Source: Chloroflexota bacterium (GTDB lineage Bacteria > Chloroflexota > Dehalococcoidia > UBA2979). From it: a DNA stretch of 64,000 bases. Of this stretch, positions 8,892-17,722 are shown piece by piece. Position 1 is the stretch's first letter, and every line of letters begins with the position of its first letter. The position numbers and the translations under genes are program-made. Under the pieces are notes generated by a model. It did no database searches. It was given only the letters and a program-made list of their open reading frames with translations, and had not been told where the DNA came from. The stretch covers positions 32,001-96,000 of the forward strand of contig JAQCIU010000002.1 of NCBI GenBank assembly GCA_027593235.1. The letters are read 5' to 3'.

Positions 8892-8988
8892 CTGGCCTCC
8901 GGATGACTCCGGCGTCCTTGCCTGCTTGGTTGCCCCAGAGCCTACGCGACCAGTCGCCGAGCCGCAGCCGCCGCGTGCGGACCGTCGT

Positions 8989-9044
8989 TGGTACCGAAGG
9001 TGGGATTCGAACCAACACGGGGGTTACCGCCCGCGGTGTTCGAG
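8989..9044 (-). repeat. att-like duplicate of the tRNA-Leu 3' half
   Basis: 50/56 nt identical to 10614-10669, first 25 nt exact; similarity ends at the anticodon loop. Confidence 0.92.
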
Positions 9045-10613
9045 TTCTTGCACGGTCAAGCTGGAGCGATGCGAGCGAAGTGGTGACTCCCTGCGCGCTC
9101 CTCAGGCGGTGACTGATTGGCTGCGCTGTTGGACGGCACTCCAGCGCCCCGGTTCACTACACTGGAGCACTCGCCCGCGTGTACGTCAGCTCGGAGGACG
9201 CGAGCGCCTGCCGGGGGGCGACGCAGTGAAGATGCGGCTTCAAGAACGTCTGCTCACGCCCTCGCGGATGTTCGGCTTCGTTGCGATCAGTACCGCGCTG
9301 TTCGCACTGCTCATCATCACCGTCGCCGTGCCGGAGACAGGGGCGTTCGATGCGCCCGACTTCACCGAGGCCAGAGGGGCAACTCGGACGGGCACCGTGC
9401 GCGATGTCGCACTGGAACGAACCGTCAGCCGCGCCGGAACCGTCATCACTGAGCGTTTCGACGTTGAAATCGGCGGCGAGACGGTTGTGAGCGAGCGCTC
9501 CTATATCGAAGGCCAACAGGGCATTCGTCAGTACCAGGTCGGCGACCGCGTTCTCGTGACCGCCAGCGAAGGTCCGGCGGGCGTCCGCTACGGGATCAGC
9601 GACCATGCGCGCGGATCAGCCCTGCTCCTTCTACTCCTGCTGTTCGGTGTACTCGTGATCTTCGTCGGAAGATGGCATGGGATCGGTTCGCTGATCGGCC
9701 TCGGAGCGAGCGCGCTGGTCATCTGGCGCTTCGTGATTCCCGGGATACTCGCCGGTCATGACCCGGTCGTCATCGCGATCATTGGCTCGACGGTGCTGGT
9801 CACCACAACGCTCCTGCTGGCACACGGGCCTAACCTCAAGACCGCGCTTGCAGTCGTCAGTACCGCGCTGAGCCTGCTCCTGACCGGCGTGCTCGCGCGG
9901 GTGGCGGTTCAGGGCCTTGAGCTGGGCGGTCTTGCTGACGAGGACTCCGCACTCCTCGGTGCGGTGACTGGCGGCACCGTTGACCCGCAAGGACTGCTCC
10001 TGGCCGGCTTCGTGATCGGGGCCCTCGGCGTCCTCGATGATGTGACCGCGACCCAGGTCTCGGCCGTCTCCGAACTCAGCGACGCGAACGCATCGCTTGG
10101 CCGTCTCGAGCTGTACCGGCGCGCGATGAACATCGGCCGGGACCATGTGGCTTCGACTGTAAACACGCTCGTGCTCGCGTACGCCGGTGCGGCGTTGCCG
10201 CTGATACTGCTGATCTCCGTACAGCAGGAAGCGATCGGGGTGCTCTTCCAGCGCGAACTGGTCGCCACCGAGGTCGCTCGAACGATGGCCGGGAGTATCG
10301 GGATCGTCTCCGCTGTCCCCATCAGCACCGCGCTCGCCGCGCTCGTTTTCGGACGTTCCCGAACGCGTATCTCGACGGGCGAGGCCCCCGAGGCGAATCC
10401 GCGGCACGAAGCCGCCGCAAGCCACATGCCGTGAGCTGACACGCTCGAGGCGCCAGAATCTGTCGACCGGATCGGCATCGCGCTGTCAGCACTCAAGGTC
10501 TCACGAACGGGTTCGACGGCCGTTTGACGCCAGTCCGGCGCCAACTGTTGAACCTCGCGATCACATCGCTGAGAGCGAGTCACGCGCATTGAGGCAGCAA
10601 CCCCGTGAGTTGC
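9045..10613. mobile_element. integrase-less genomic islet at tRNA-Leu
   Basis: Bounded by the tRNA-Leu 3' direct repeats; carries one gene. Confidence 0.7.
9232..10434 (+). CDS. YibE/F family membrane protein
   Basis: GLLLAGFVIGALGVLDDVTATQVSAV, GRDHVASTVNTLVLAYAGAALP, EVARTMAGSIG; the start may instead be GTG 9226. Confidence 0.9.
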   Translation: MRLQERLLTPSRMFGFVAISTALFALLIITVAVPETGAFDAPDFTEARGATRTGTVRDVALERTVSRAGTVITERFDVEIGGETVVSERSYIEGQQGIRQYQVGDRVLVTASEGPAGVRYGISDHARGSALLLLLLLFGVLVIFVGRWHGIGSLIGLGASALVIWRFVIPGILAGHDPVVIAIIGSTVLVTTTLLLAHGPNLKTALAVVSTALSLLLTGVLARVAVQGLELGGLADEDSALLGAVTGGTVDPQGLLLAGFVIGALGVLDDVTATQVSAVSELSDANASLGRLELYRRAMNIGRDHVASTVNTLVLAYAGAALPLILLISVQQEAIGVLFQRELVATEVARTMAGSIGIVSAVPISTALAALVFGRSRTRISTGEAPEANPRHEAAASHMP

Positions 10614-10701
10614 TGGTACCGAAGGTGGGATTCGAACCCACACGGGGGTTACCCCCAACGGTTTTTGAGACCGTCGCGTCTGCCGGTTCCGCCACTTCGG
10701 C
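10614..10701 (-). tRNA. tRNA-Leu (CAA)
   Basis: Reverse complement GCCGAAGTGGCGGAACCGGCAGACGCGACGGTCTCAAAAACCGTTGGGGGTAACCCCCGTGTGGGTTCGAATCCCACCTTCGGTACCA; long variable arm. Confidence 0.97.
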
Positions 10702-10801
10702 GTGGTCCCCGAGCATATCCGCCCGCTCCCGCGGGGGCTACGAGGGCAAACTCGCTCCCGGCGGCAGCGCGTCCGGCGCCTCCGAGGACCCCGCGTGCGG
10801 G

Positions 10802-10999
10802 CTAATCCCTCGGGCGCTGTCCGACGGGCCGACTTGGGACGTCGACATGTTGCTGATCCTGGATCGCGGCCTCGTGCGGTGGCGCCACCTGCTCACTGCG
10901 CCCAATCGGCGCGGTTGGCTGTTCCGCCGTGCGACCGAATCCCACCGCCGGCAGCACCCGCGTCATCCGCATCAGGATCGACTGCAATCGTGCAAGCAT
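10802..10999 (-). CDS. small hypothetical protein (65 aa)
   Basis: AAGGAGG RBS at good spacing before the ATG; no recognisable motif. Confidence 0.5.
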   Translation of the reverse strand: MLARLQSILMRMTRVLPAVGFGRTAEQPTAPIGRSEQVAPPHEAAIQDQQHVDVPSRPVGQRPRD

Positions 11000-11121
11000 C
11001 GCGATCCTCCTTCGATCGCATCAACGATGCGATCGAGGCGCCCCGGCATTGAAGAGGCGAAGGTCACTGCCGCGCGGGTCCGTCCGTTGCAAGCATCGGC
11101 ACCGTGGGGCGCCGCCCCCGC

Positions 11122-13515
11122 CTACGCCGGCTCGAGCACCAGCGTCGTCTCCGCCGCGCGCGTGACGTCCGAGGCGCGCAGGTGCATCGGCGCGCGCCGG
11201 TGCGTGCGCCACGACTCCGCCTGATCGGCGTAGTGCGGTGTGCCCGGTAACCCCGAGGTGCCGCCCGGCGTGATCCACGTTGCGCGGTCCGGCTTCGTGA
11301 AATCGACGACCTGTCGGTAGACGGAGAGACCGCCGACCTTGAACGCCGGCCCCGAGGCCGGTTCGGTGATCGTGACCGCTGCCGCCTGGATCGTGTCGCT
11401 GTCGCCGCCGATCGGGATCACCGGTGGATCGAGCACGGACGCCAGTTCCGGGAACGACGCCGACAGTGTGTGCTCCGCGCGCACGACGTGTGCCGCGTCC
11501 CAGCGCCACCGCTTCGGATCGGCGGTCCCGGCGATCCGCGTGGCGTCTCGCCACGCGTCGGCCAGCGCCCGCGGGAGCGCGCGCATCAGCACCGCGCTGA
11601 GCGGGCGGCCATCCACCGAGGCCGCCGTCGTGTCCAACCCCGGTCCCTCCAGAGACGCGCCGTACTGGTACATCCACAGCCGCACCAGCGCCTCGGTGCC
11701 GGTGTTGCCCTCGGCAGCCATCCAGGCCCACGTCTCGCCGCCAACGATTGGCTCGATCAGGTGCCGCGACAACGCGCGGGAGAAGCAGCCGTAGAGCAGC
11801 CCGAGCGCCGCGTTTGGCCGCAGCTCCCCGTCGCCGGTGGCGAGCAAGGCGCGTGCGCACTCCGCGTCGCCGGTCATCGCCGGTCGTGTCGCCAGGTACG
11901 CCATCCACCGTCGCGCCGCCACCGAGGTCCGATCGCCCTGCAAGGCCGCGATCGCCGCCGGCGTCATCGGCGGCGCGCCGCGGAGCGACTCGATCACCCG
12001 CGCCGCGCGACTCGCTGCCGCGAACTCGTACGCGAGGTAAGGGTCGTCGCCCTCGATCGGGCGTTGGTTCGCCGTGCCCACGAAGCCCTCGGGCGGGTTG
12101 ATCGCCTGCGGCAGGCGGCGGAACGGGACGTCACCGCTCCACTCGTGCTCGCCGGTCCAGCCCGGCACCACGAACTGGCGCGTCGCCTCGGTGGAGCGCA
12201 CCGGCACCCGGCCGCGGTACAGGAAGCCGATGTTCCCCTCGGCGTCTGCGCTTACGAGGTTGTTGACCGGCTCGACCCACTTCCGTTGGGTCTCGTGCAG
12301 CTCCTGCACCGTGCGCGCCGTCAGCATCGGCCGCAGGCACTCCCACTGCTCGCACGGCTGATCCGTCGCCGTGTACCGCATCGCGATCGCGTGCCCGCTC
12401 CTTGGGTCGCCGCCGACCACCGGGCCGTGCCGCGTCACCCAGACCTCCGAGGTCACTGGGTCGCCGCCAGCCACTCGCACCCGTTCGCGGCGCACCCGCG
12501 CCTGTGCCCAGCCGCTCTCGGTCCGGTAGCGCGTGGGATCCTTCGGGTCGAACGATTCCAGGTAGAGATCCTGGTAATCGGCCTGACCGTGCGTGATGTT
12601 GAAGGCCACCTGCCCGTTGTTGCCGAAGTGCGGGAACGCAGGGAACCCGGGGAACGCCCCGCCCGCCATCCGGAACTCCGGGCATCCGACCGTGACCTGC
12701 CAGTACACGTTCGGTACGTCCAGCGGTCGGTGCGAATCGTTCACCAGCATCGGCTTGCCGGTCGTCGTTCGGCTCCCGTGCACCGCCCACGAGTTCGATC
12801 CGCCGTCATCGATGCCCAGCGTGTCCAGGCTCCGCACCGCTTCGCGCAGCTCCTCGGCGCTCTGCCGGATCACCTCGGAGGCGCCGCTCCCCGGCGGCAG
12901 GATCAGATCCAGCCCCACCGGCTCCGATCCATCGAGCAGTGCGTACTTCTCCGGCCCGATCCGGCGCAGCAATTCCGTGCGCGCCAGCTTCATCAGCCGC
13001 TTGCCCATGATCGCGTGCCGCACCTTGAAGATCAGCACCGAATGCCACGGCTCCCAGTCGTCTGGCTTGCTCCCGGTCAGCGCGTACTCGATCGGCAATG
13101 GCTGGTCCGAGTGGATGAACGCGTTCACCCCGGCCGCGTACGCCTCGAACATCGCCAGCGTCGCTGGCGACATCGCCGCTACGTCCGCCTGCGAAGCCTC
13201 ATCGAGGAGGAAGCGCCGGAAGAGCAGATCCGAGGCGACGCCAACCGGCCCCGCCACCTCCGCCCAGGTACCCGTGCCGCGGCGCCGGTACCACTCCAGT
13301 TGCCAGAGCCGGTCCTGCGCGCAGGCGTAGCCCATCCCGAACCACGCGTCGTGCTCGTTCCCCGCCTCGATCGCCGGAATCCCGAAGGCGTCCCGACTGA
13401 TCGTCACCTCGCCGTCCAGCCCCGGCGCCGTCAAGCGACCATCGAGCTGCGGGATCTGCGCCTTCAGCTCGGCCTTCGTCGGACGCTTTTTCTTGCTGAC
13501 GGTTGGCGTGGTCAT
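11122..13515 (-). CDS. penicillin acylase family (Ntn-hydrolase) protein
   Basis: RDAFGIP, GYACAQDRLWQ, GSNSW nucleophile, NDSHR, TANQR; no signal peptide. Confidence 0.95.
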   Translation of the reverse strand: MTTPTVSKKKRPTKAELKAQIPQLDGRLTAPGLDGEVTISRDAFGIPAIEAGNEHDAWFGMGYACAQDRLWQLEWYRRRGTGTWAEVAGPVGVASDLLFRRFLLDEASQADVAAMSPATLAMFEAYAAGVNAFIHSDQPLPIEYALTGSKPDDWEPWHSVLIFKVRHAIMGKRLMKLARTELLRRIGPEKYALLDGSEPVGLDLILPPGSGASEVIRQSAEELREAVRSLDTLGIDDGGSNSWAVHGSRTTTGKPMLVNDSHRPLDVPNVYWQVTVGCPEFRMAGGAFPGFPAFPHFGNNGQVAFNITHGQADYQDLYLESFDPKDPTRYRTESGWAQARVRRERVRVAGGDPVTSEVWVTRHGPVVGGDPRSGHAIAMRYTATDQPCEQWECLRPMLTARTVQELHETQRKWVEPVNNLVSADAEGNIGFLYRGRVPVRSTEATRQFVVPGWTGEHEWSGDVPFRRLPQAINPPEGFVGTANQRPIEGDDPYLAYEFAAASRAARVIESLRGAPPMTPAAIAALQGDRTSVAARRWMAYLATRPAMTGDAECARALLATGDGELRPNAALGLLYGCFSRALSRHLIEPIVGGETWAWMAAEGNTGTEALVRLWMYQYGASLEGPGLDTTAASVDGRPLSAVLMRALPRALADAWRDATRIAGTADPKRWRWDAAHVVRAEHTLSASFPELASVLDPPVIPIGGDSDTIQAAAVTITEPASGPAFKVGGLSVYRQVVDFTKPDRATWITPGGTSGLPGTPHYADQAESWRTHRRAPMHLRASDVTRAAETTLVLEPA

Positions 13516-13558
13516 CGGCTTCTTCCCGGATCCGCGGGCGGTGTACTGGTTGTGGTCG

Positions 13559-14680
13559 CTACTGCAGCGCTCCGGCGGCGGAGATCGGCCAGGCCGCCTC
13601 GACGACCCCCTTGCGCACCGCGTAGAGCGTGCGGTGCAGCAGCATCGTCGAGTCGGAGTAGTTCGGCACCAGCGTGATCCGCTGGCCCGGCGTCACCGTC
13701 ACCCCCTCGTCGAGGGTCAGGATCGTGTGCTCCGCGTTTAGCCCGCGGATCTGCACCCCTGGCGGCGACACGACCGCCGGCAGCCCCGTGTGCATCCCGC
13801 TGCCCTTCCAGCCCATGTCCGCCACCGCGCGCCCCGGCACAGCGGTGGAAACGATCTGCGCCTGGATGAACAACGACTGCTGGTGGTCCGGCACCTTCAT
13901 CTTGTCCTGGTACGTCAGATCGAGCAGCACGCCGCCGCCGGCCTGCAGCTCGTTGGTCGCGCCGAGGGCGATGTTGAACCAGTAGTTCCCCGTCCCCCCG
14001 CCGCTCATGATCTCGACCTCGATGCCGGCCGCCTCCACCTGGCGTCGCGCCTCGCTGAAGACGTCGGCCGCCGCCGCCGACACCGCCTCTTTCTCCTCGA
14101 GGTCGCTGATCCCGACCGCGTGACCCTCGTAGCCCATCAGGCCGCGCAGCCGCAGCCCCGGGGCATCGAGGACCGCCCGCGCCAGTGCCGGCGCCGCCTC
14201 TGGCGTCACCCCGCAGCGGTTCGTCCCGATGTTGATGTCGACGAGCACGTCGAGCGTGAGCCCGGCCGCGCTGAACGCCGCCGACAGCTCCGCCACGTTG
14301 CGCTCGTCGTCCACCGCGACGCACAGCCGCGAGGCCTGCCGGCCAACCTCGACGAGGCGCGCGATCTTCAGCGGCCCCACGATCTCGTTCGCGATCAGGA
14401 TGTCGTCGATGCCGCCGGCGAGCATCGCCTCGGCCTCGCCGACTTTGGCGCAGGTGATCCCCTGCGCCCCGCCGGCGATGATCCGCTTCGCGAGGTCCGG
14501 CGACTTGCTTGCCTTCACGTGTGGCCGCCAGCGCACGCCCGCGTCCGCGCTGCGCTTCGCCATCAGCCCGATGTTGTGCTCCAGCGCGTCCAGGTCGACG
14601 TACAGCGTCGGCGTATCAAGCTCCTCGATCCGCCGCCCGATCACGTCGGTCGTCGCGGAAGCGGGCGCGGTCGTGGTCAT
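13559..14680 (-). CDS. DSD1/D-threonine aldolase-like fold-type III PLP enzyme
   Basis: LDTPTLYVD, RPHVKASK (PLP Lys), MGYEGH, SGGGTG, NAEH. Confidence 0.88.
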   Translation of the reverse strand: MTTTAPASATTDVIGRRIEELDTPTLYVDLDALEHNIGLMAKRSADAGVRWRPHVKASKSPDLAKRIIAGGAQGITCAKVGEAEAMLAGGIDDILIANEIVGPLKIARLVEVGRQASRLCVAVDDERNVAELSAAFSAAGLTLDVLVDINIGTNRCGVTPEAAPALARAVLDAPGLRLRGLMGYEGHAVGISDLEEKEAVSAAAADVFSEARRQVEAAGIEVEIMSGGGTGNYWFNIALGATNELQAGGGVLLDLTYQDKMKVPDHQQSLFIQAQIVSTAVPGRAVADMGWKGSGMHTGLPAVVSPPGVQIRGLNAEHTILTLDEGVTVTPGQRITLVPNYSDSTMLLHRTLYAVRKGVVEAAWPISAAGALQ

Positions 14681-14768
14681 GCGTGTTCCTTGCTCTCAGC
14701 GCCCGTCGGGCCGTCGGCGGCCGCCGTTGGGTATCGATCGGGCATCGTCGTTCGCCGCGCGCGGCTGG

Positions 14769-15989
14769 CTACCAGTGGTCCGCCGTGAACGGCGCGAACT
14801 TCGTGCGCAGCGTCTTGTCCCACGTCGGCAACGCCGAGGCGTTGTGGACCGTCAGCTTCCCGTAGCGCGCAGCCTCGGATGCCGTGATCTGCCCGAAGAG
14901 CAGCATCGCCAGCGTTCCCGGCCGCAACGACACGTCCGCTGCCGCACCGTCGGTGCCCTCGGAGAGACGCGTCACCTCGGCGTCGTCCGGACCGGTGTGG
15001 ATCTGCCACGTCCCCGTGTTCCACGGGCACACGTCGTCCTCGAGGGTGAACGTCAACCGCTCGCTCTCCTCGTACCCGCGTCCGCGGAAGCTGCCCTCCA
15101 CGTCCACCACCCGTGCCAGCAACTGGTCGCGTGACCGCCGCCGCAGCATCCGCGGTTCCAGCAGCAGGTGTGGCAGCGGGTCGTCCGGCGACACGTTGTG
15201 CCACGACACCTTGTTCACGAGCTGCATCGTCGCGAAGTTCTGCCAGAACGCGCGGTACGCCTGCGGCGTCAGCCACACGATGTCGTCGATTTCGCAGACG
15301 TGATTCGGCTCCGGCCACGGCGCGTTGCCCGGCCCGGTGCGGTAGATCGCGTAGCCCTGCAGCTCGCCGTCCTCTTCGTACACCAGCACCGAGCGCGTCT
15401 CGCCCTTCGCCGGTGGCGCCAGGATTCCCGCGTCCCACATTGGCTTCCCGCGGTGCACCTCGCCGGTGCGCGCTTCGCGGTACTCCCGGTACAGCCCCAC
15501 CAGCGTCCCGAAGTCCTTATCCGGATCCGGGTCCACATGCCGCAGCCGCCCCGGCGTCTCGAGGGCTTCGTTGAACTGGATGAACCGCGGCTCGATGTCG
15601 TACTGGTACTGCGTCGACACCACCGCGTACCCATACCGCTGGTAGATCGCCGCTTGCGAGGCGAACAGCACCGCCAGCGGACGTTCGCCCGCCTCGTGCA
15701 GCTCCTCGAAGTGCCGCGTGATCAGCTTCCGCAGGTATCCCCGCTGGCGGTCGATCGAGTCCGTCGAGACCGTCGTCACGCCGGAGATCGGCACCGCCTT
15801 GCCGTTGAACCGCATCGTCAGCGGCCACGACCCGTGTACCGAGGCCGGTCGCCCGTCGTCGAACGCGACGAGCGTGAAGTCCGGCTGCAACGCCGCGAAG
15901 TCCTCGAGGGGCTGCGCGAGCGATGTCGTCAGGATGCGCAGGACGTCCGGCAGTTCGTCCGCATTGGCCGATCGAATCTCAATCGCCAC
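14769..15989 (-). CDS. Eis-like GNAT N-acetyltransferase with SCP2-like C-terminus
   Basis: RQRGYLRKL, LFASQAAIYQRYGY, D-CPWNTG, C-terminal DHW. Confidence 0.9.
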   Translation of the reverse strand: MAIEIRSANADELPDVLRILTTSLAQPLEDFAALQPDFTLVAFDDGRPASVHGSWPLTMRFNGKAVPISGVTTVSTDSIDRQRGYLRKLITRHFEELHEAGERPLAVLFASQAAIYQRYGYAVVSTQYQYDIEPRFIQFNEALETPGRLRHVDPDPDKDFGTLVGLYREYREARTGEVHRGKPMWDAGILAPPAKGETRSVLVYEEDGELQGYAIYRTGPGNAPWPEPNHVCEIDDIVWLTPQAYRAFWQNFATMQLVNKVSWHNVSPDDPLPHLLLEPRMLRRRSRDQLLARVVDVEGSFRGRGYEESERLTFTLEDDVCPWNTGTWQIHTGPDDAEVTRLSEGTDGAAADVSLRPGTLAMLLFGQITASEAARYGKLTVHNASALPTWDKTLRTKFAPFTADHW

Positions 15990-16028
15990 TTGGCTGGTCC
16001 GTTCTGTTGCGTTGTGCTGAGTGCGAGG

Positions 16029-16421
16029 CTACGCCGGCTTGAAGACCGGCACCTGCACGTCCCCCGACGGCTCGAACGCCACCTGCAGGGCCATGCCGAC
16101 CTTGATCTCCTCATTCGGTGCGTCGATTCGCGCGTTCATCCGCGGCCCCTCGGCCAGTTCGACGATCGCGACGTTGTACGGCAGTTCCTGCGCGAACCCC
16201 GGGTCGTACAGGCGGTGCATCACCGCGAACGTGTGCAGCGTTCCCGCTCCCGAGGCCTCCGCCCATTCGAGGTCCGCCTCCAGGCAATTGGTGCACACCT
16301 CCTGGATCGGGAACGCGTACTGGCTGCATGTGCGGCAGCGTTGGAGCATCAGCGCCCCACGCGCCGCGCCATCGAAAAACGGCGCGCTCGCCTCGTCTGC
16401 CGTCACCGTTGGCCGCGTCAC
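16029..16421 (-). CDS. Zn-ribbon/OB-fold DUF35 (ChsH2-like) protein
   Basis: PFFDGA, QRCRTC, CTNC, PYNVAIVELAEGPRM; GTG start overlaps the thiolase stop. Confidence 0.92.
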   Translation of the reverse strand: MTRPTVTADEASAPFFDGAARGALMLQRCRTCSQYAFPIQEVCTNCLEADLEWAEASGAGTLHTFAVMHRLYDPGFAQELPYNVAIVELAEGPRMNARIDAPNEEIKVGMALQVAFEPSGDVQVPVFKPA

Positions 16422-17620
16422 GCGTGGCCTCCCGTCCCGGCGGTCGGATCGCCACTGAGGATCAGCGTCGCGTGCATATCGAGGATCCCGCCCTGCGTGC
16501 TCACGAGGACGTTCGTGTTGTCCGCCACCTGCCGCTCGCCGCCCTGGCCGCGCGCCTGGATCACCGCCTCGGACAGCGGCGTCATCCCCCACATGTAGTA
16601 CCCGGAAAGCTCGCCGCCGCCCGTGTTCGTCGGGTGCGATCCGCCCGGCCCCAGCTTGCCGTCCTCGACGAACGACCCGCCCTCACCCTTCGGCGCGAAC
16701 CCGTAATCCTCCAGAGTCACGATCGTCGTGTACGTGTAGCAGTCGTACAGCTCGCGCACGCCGATGTCCTTCGGCCCGACGCCCGCCATCGCGTACGCCG
16801 TCTCGCCGGCCTGCACCGCGCCGGTGTTCACCTCGTACTCCGCGCCCGCGTGCCGCGGGTTGCCCGGGTGCCCCTGCCCCATCCCGGTGACGTACACCGG
16901 TGGCTGCTTCAGCTCCTTCGCGCGCTCCCGCGAGGTCACCACCACCGCCACCGCGCCGTTCGTCACCAGCGTGCAGTCGAGCAGGTGGAACGGCTCCACG
17001 ATCCACCGCGACCCGTGGTAATCGTCGAGGGTCATCTCACCCCGCTGCATCGCGATCGGATTGAGCTGCGCCCACTTCCGCGTCGAGACCGCGACCGCGC
17101 CAAGCTGGTCCTGCGTCGTCCCGTACAGCGCCATGTGCCGCCGCGCCGCCAGCGCGTACGCCGTGTTCGCGCCGAAGGCGCCGTAGTAGTTGTTGAGGCT
17201 CGCGATCCCCCCGGCCACGCGCCCGGATCCGCCGTACGCCGCCCCCGCGCTCCCGCCCCGCAGCGGGTCGTCCGCGAACACGCAGACCACCACGTTCGCC
17301 AGCCCCGCCTGCACCGCCAGCGAGGCGTATTGCACCATCTGCCCGGCCGTCGATCCCTGCCCGTTCATCAGCGTTTGCAGCCGCAGGTTCTCGATCCCCA
17401 CCGCCTTCTGCAGATCCGGACGCAGGTTCCCCATCACCCCGGGGTTCACCAGCAGCCCGTCCACGTCGTCCTTCGTCAGCCCCGCATCGGCAATCGCGTT
17501 ACGAATCGCGATCGCCGCGAGGCCGCTCGCGCTGTACGTGTACTCGCGCGTCATCTCGGTCATGCCGAGGCCGACGATCGCGGCCCCTCCGGACGGATTG
17601 AACGATGCGGAAAAGGTCAT
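16418..17620 (-). CDS. thiolase-family protein (SCP2-thiolase/Ltp2-like)
   Basis: AAIVGLG, EPFHLLDC, LYDCYT, NTGGGELSGYY; GAGGAG RBS. Confidence 0.9.
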   Translation of the reverse strand: MTFSASFNPSGGAAIVGLGMTEMTREYTYSASGLAAIAIRNAIADAGLTKDDVDGLLVNPGVMGNLRPDLQKAVGIENLRLQTLMNGQGSTAGQMVQYASLAVQAGLANVVVCVFADDPLRGGSAGAAYGGSGRVAGGIASLNNYYGAFGANTAYALAARRHMALYGTTQDQLGAVAVSTRKWAQLNPIAMQRGEMTLDDYHGSRWIVEPFHLLDCTLVTNGAVAVVVTSRERAKELKQPPVYVTGMGQGHPGNPRHAGAEYEVNTGAVQAGETAYAMAGVGPKDIGVRELYDCYTYTTIVTLEDYGFAPKGEGGSFVEDGKLGPGGSHPTNTGGGELSGYYMWGMTPLSEAVIQARGQGGERQVADNTNVLVSTQGGILDMHATLILSGDPTAGTGGHA

Positions 17621-17722
17621 CGGGTTGCTCCTCGGAACGGGCGCATCATAGCGACTGTCAGGTCTCCGTATACTCACTGCGGCGGGTTCTGCACCGTCGG
17701 AGCCCTGCCTGGAGGTTGGTCA

